From positions 1 to 26,178 of IMG/VR virus record IMGVR_UViG_3300037462_000252: DNA of 26,178 bases; one strand, 5' to 3'. The stretch is from a virus. Taxonomy: Duplodnaviria; Caudoviricetes. The position numbers and the translations under genes were made by a program. The notes beneath the pieces are model-generated. The model saw nothing but the letters and a program-made list of their open reading frames with translations. It was not told the DNA's origin and made no database searches. Positions 23,638 to 26,178 of the stretch are shown here, piece by piece. Position 1 is the first letter of the stretch. Each line of letters starts with the position of its first letter.

Positions 23638-24048
23638 ACCGCCGTGGAACAGATCGCCCTGTCGATTGTCGCGCAGCTGCTTGAGCCGGGCACGGCGTTT
23701 GCGCACGCCCCGGATCGTGTATCCGAGCGCGCGCGCGATGTCACGCTCGCTGCGGCCCGCCAGCAGCATCGCATCGCAGCGCGCCTGCTGGGCGGCCATG
23801 AAACCGCTGTCGCCGAGAGGAATATCGATGCGCGCCGAAAGGCCGACACCGGCGGTGAAATGATCGGCGATTCGGCGGGCCGCCTCCAGCCCGACAAGCT
23901 TGGCCAGCCAGTGATCGGGGCCGGGCTGGGGCGGGATATAGACCTGCGTCCCGCCCACCGCGCCCGCCACCCGGCGCGCCGCTTCCTCGCCCGCGATCAT
24001 GGCGATATCGGCCAGCACCTGGGGCAGAGGATCGGCGGGGATGGTCAC
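23635..24048 (-). CDS. Mor/C-like transcription activator (137 aa)
   Basis: GTG at 24048 (GTGA overlap); LPQVLADIA..AGEEAA..VA..VGGTQVYIP N-domain and C-terminal HTH SERDIARALGYTIRGV; last gene before lysis, as for Mu C. Confidence 0.85.
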   Translation of the reverse strand: MTIPADPLPQVLADIAMIAGEEAARRVAGAVGGTQVYIPPQPGPDHWLAKLVGLEAARRIADHFTAGVGLSARIDIPLGDSGFMAAQQARCDAMLLAGRSERDIARALGYTIRGVRKRRARLKQLRDNRQGDLFHGG

Positions 24049-24221
24049 GGTGCGATCTTCCTGATCGCAAAGCGCGAGACGATGTGCCGCTCGCCATCCT
24101 CGAACTCTATCCGGCAAGAGTTCATGGTGCCGCGCGCAAGGATGCGGCAACGCTGCCCCTTGCGATGCGGCAGGTAGTGCCGCCAATACCAGACGCGATC
24201 AAAGGCAGGCTTGTCGCTCAC
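24045..24221 (-). CDS. Small hypothetical protein (58 aa, MSDKPAFDRVWYWRHYLPHRKGQRCRILARG...)
   Basis: GTGA overlaps at both ends; possibly a small beta-barrel. Confidence 0.7.
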   Translation of the reverse strand: MSDKPAFDRVWYWRHYLPHRKGQRCRILARGTMNSCRIEFEDGERHIVSRFAIRKIAP

Positions 24222-24388
24222 CGGGTTTCGGTGTCCTTGGCCAGCGGCAGCGGGTGGCCGCAATGGGCGCACTCTGCAGTGGTGCGGCCGACATGCCAGG
24301 CCTTGCTGTGGCACTGCGGGCAGCGGTTCACCTCGCCCGGCCAGTAAAGCAGGGGCGCGACGCGCCGGAGGATGGCGGGCGCGTTCAT
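24218..24388 (-). CDS. Small zinc-ribbon protein (56 aa)
   Basis: CPQC...CAHC; ATGA overlap. Confidence 0.75.
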   Translation of the reverse strand: MNAPAILRRVAPLLYWPGEVNRCPQCHSKAWHVGRTTAECAHCGHPLPLAKDTETR

Positions 24389-24699
24389 TGTTTTCCGCCT
24401 TTCGCCTTCACGATTACGGTGCGAAGGCGACCTATCCGCGCCAGAACTGTATCTCGGTGCTGTTCGGGCATCAGGCCCAATTCCAGCACGTTCTCCCATG
24501 CCTGCAAATCGGTCTCAGCCTCTGCCAAGAGGCACGGTGAAGCCGCGAGAAGATGAGCATCAGCCCTAAGTTGCTCTTGCTCATCCGAGGAAGCACCAAG
24601 GTCTGCGATGTATTCTCCGTTCGGCCCCGAAATGAACGTGTCACCGCAGCCATCGACATTGACGCGCCACGGCCCTTCCGTGTGCCTTGATAAGTTCAT
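24385..24699 (-). CDS. Hypothetical phage early protein (104 aa)
   Basis: ATGA overlap; HTEGPW and ADAHLLAASP.LL motifs typical of a common phage protein family. Confidence 0.8.
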   Translation of the reverse strand: MNLSRHTEGPWRVNVDGCGDTFISGPNGEYIADLGASSDEQEQLRADAHLLAASPCLLAEAETDLQAWENVLELGLMPEQHRDTVLARIGRLRTVIVKAKGGKQ

Positions 24700-25382
24700 T
24701 CCGCACCTCCCGCTGCGCGCAGCTTTTCGCCCAGCACGGCGGCGAGGCGTTGATAGGCTTCGGCATCCATCGGCCCTTCGGCCCCGGTCTCGATCCCGGC
24801 GAGGCGGAAGGCGGCGGTGTCGATCGTCCAGTCGGCGGGCACCTCGCCCGCACCCTTCAGCTTCCACAGGATCGCCTGGCACAGCGCTTCATTGAGCGCG
24901 CGGGGTGATGCCCCATCGGTTTGCGGCCAGCCGTTGCGTTCGGCCATCGCCTTCAGCGCCTCGATGAGGCGGAAGGCATCGGATTGCTTGGCCCAGACCA
25001 GCCGTTCGCATCCGAGCTGGCGCTGGGCGAAGGCCTCAAGCGCGCGTTCGGATGAATTGCGCACCGCGCCGAGGTGATAGAGGCTGATCCACAGCGCCCG
25101 CGCCTTGCGCGCCATCGGGTGCTGGGCCGCGCCGGGCACGCCCTTCTTGGGCAGCGGCCTGAAGCCCTTGGCCTCTAGCCGTTTGAGCACCTTTTCCAGC
25201 CCGCGCGCATCGCAATCGGCGGCGCTGGTGTGGCCTGTCTCCTCGAACAGGATCTGGCGATAATCATCCTCTGCCAGCGCCAGCTGTTTTTTGGCGACGT
25301 GGAGCTTGGCGATCATCGCGCGGCGGCGCGGATCGGGCGCGAAGGTGGCGGACGCAGCGCGCCGGGCAGTGGCAGCGGACAT
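24696..25382 (-). CDS. gemA: GemA / Mu gp16 (DUF1018) regulatory protein
   Basis: RRAMIAKLHVAKKQLALAEDDYRQIL...TG.TSA...KGF, KARALWISL, LIEALKAM; start at 25382 (TGATG overlap). Confidence 0.92.
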   Translation of the reverse strand: MSAATARRAASATFAPDPRRRAMIAKLHVAKKQLALAEDDYRQILFEETGHTSAADCDARGLEKVLKRLEAKGFRPLPKKGVPGAAQHPMARKARALWISLYHLGAVRNSSERALEAFAQRQLGCERLVWAKQSDAFRLIEALKAMAERNGWPQTDGASPRALNEALCQAILWKLKGAGEVPADWTIDTAAFRLAGIETGAEGPMDAEAYQRLAAVLGEKLRAAGGAE

Positions 25383-25531
25383 CAGTGTTCTCCCAACAGG
25401 ATGGCAAGGCCGAGCAACAGCAGCGGCGCGGCATGGGCGATGAAGATCAGCCAGGGCGTTTCGGCAGCGGCAGCGCCGGGGCCGAACTCGGCATCGAATT
25501 CGCACACAATGGTGCGGATGCGGGCAATCAC
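25382..25531 (-). CDS. Small membrane protein, 49 aa (MIARIRTIVCEFDAEFGPGAAAAETPWLIFIAHAAPLLLLGLAILLGEH); not in ORF track
   Basis: GTGA overlap upstream and TGATG overlap downstream; fills the gap exactly; C-terminal TM segment. Confidence 0.7.
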   Translation of the reverse strand: MIARIRTIVCEFDAEFGPGAAAAETPWLIFIAHAAPLLLLGLAILLGEH

Positions 25532-25722
25532 GGACGTTGCTCCGGGGTGATACCCATCTGGGCGTGAAGCTGGCGACCTCTGGCCTCCAGCCTGTCAGCC
25601 GCAGCGCGCAGACACCGCGCAGCGCTGAAGAACGCCCCGTCCTCGGCGTAATCCCACGCCAGATCGATCAGCTCGGACGCTGTCATCTGATCGGCGGTGC
25701 GGACGGGCTCCGGCGCGCTCAT
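25528..25722 (-). CDS. Hypothetical protein (64 aa)
   Basis: ATGA overlap with the ATPase stop; start MSAPEP at 25722. Confidence 0.7.
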   Translation of the reverse strand: MSAPEPVRTADQMTASELIDLAWDYAEDGAFFSAARCLRAAADRLEARGRQLHAQMGITPEQRP

Positions 25723-26178
25723 GCCTTGATCCACTTCGTCGCGCGATACATCTGCGCCTCGCGCAGATCGGCGAGCGAAAGGCCGCGATCATCGGCAGCC
25801 GCCAGCATCGATCCGCTTTCGATCAACTGCTGGCATTCGCCAAGCCCGCCTGAATCGGGCGTGCGTGCGATGGTATCGAGGAAGTGGCGGATATCGGGCT
25901 GGGTGATGCCCCAGGCATCGCAGAAGGCGCGCACATCGCCCGGCAGCGGCACGCGCTGGGTGTGGCGCATGGCGATCCGGCGATTGAGGCGGGCAAACTG
26001 ATCGCGGTGCCGCCCGGTTTCAATCCGGGCGAGCAGCTCCTCGTTGCCCAAAAGGCAGATGCCGACGCCGGTATCATCATGCCAGCTGCGAATTTCCTCG
26101 ATGCTTTCGATGGTGAGATAATTCGCCTCGTCGATCACCAGCAGGCCGCGCCGCTGGCGCACCCGTTCGAGCACGATG
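25719..26178 (-). CDS. MuB-like AAA+ transposition ATPase (C-terminal part; start outside window)
   Basis: Walker B LLVIDEANYL, IRSWHDDTGVGICLLGNEEL, FARLNRRI; upstream of gemA. Confidence 0.88.
   Translation of the reverse strand, partial: IVLERVRQRRGLLVIDEANYLTIESIEEIRSWHDDTGVGICLLGNEELLARIETGRHRDQFARLNRRIAMRHTQRVPLPGDVRAFCDAWGITQPDIRHFLDTIARTPDSGGLGECQQLIESGSMLAAADDRGLSLADLREAQMYRATKWIKA

Larger units (their letters stand above)
1..26178 (-). mobile_element. Mu-like transposable prophage/phage (partial; both ends and the transposase lie outside the window), non-contractile tail, HK97-type head
   Basis: Co-oriented MuB-like ATPase, GemA, Mor-like, gp25/26/27/28-like genes in Mu order, followed by head and tail genes; no tail sheath gene seen. 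Confidence 0.93.

Noticed and set aside
1-26178. Gene transfer agent cluster or defence island
   Set aside because: MuB, GemA, Mor-like and Mu-type terminase genes indicate a transposable phage; no recognisable defence, toxin-antitoxin or methylase genes

Overview
The whole window is the central part of an apparently intact Mu-like (transposable) prophage or phage genome with high GC content and probably an alphaproteobacterial host (inferred from gene style). All real genes are on the minus strand and most are translationally coupled (ATGA/GTGA/TGATG/TAATG overlaps). Reading right to left: 3' end of a MuB-like AAA ATPase; small early genes; GemA (Mu gp16); Mor/C-like activator; lysis genes (GH24 endolysin, Rz with embedded Rz1, TraR/DksA Zn finger, putative holin); Mu gp25/gp26/gp27/gp28-like packaging genes. 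The head module then switches to HK97 type (portal fused to a MuF/SPP1-gp7-like domain, HK97 prohead protease, HK97 capsid). It is followed by a non-contractile tail module: connectors, tube, G/T chaperones, tape measure, Dit, hub, NlpC/P60-like protein and a 1506-aa tail-tip protein with a 492-bp tandem duplication. Main points of interest: (1) the Mu-terminase/HK97-head chimera with a portal-MuF fusion; (2) a 24-bp near-identical palindromic site before both the endolysin and capsid genes, probably the late-activator binding site; (3) multi-hairpin structured segments on both sides of the capsid gene; (4) an unannotated 41-aa ORF created by tandem duplication; (5) a modular, repeat-bounded tail-tip protein. 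Family assignments come from motif recognition by eye, not database searches.
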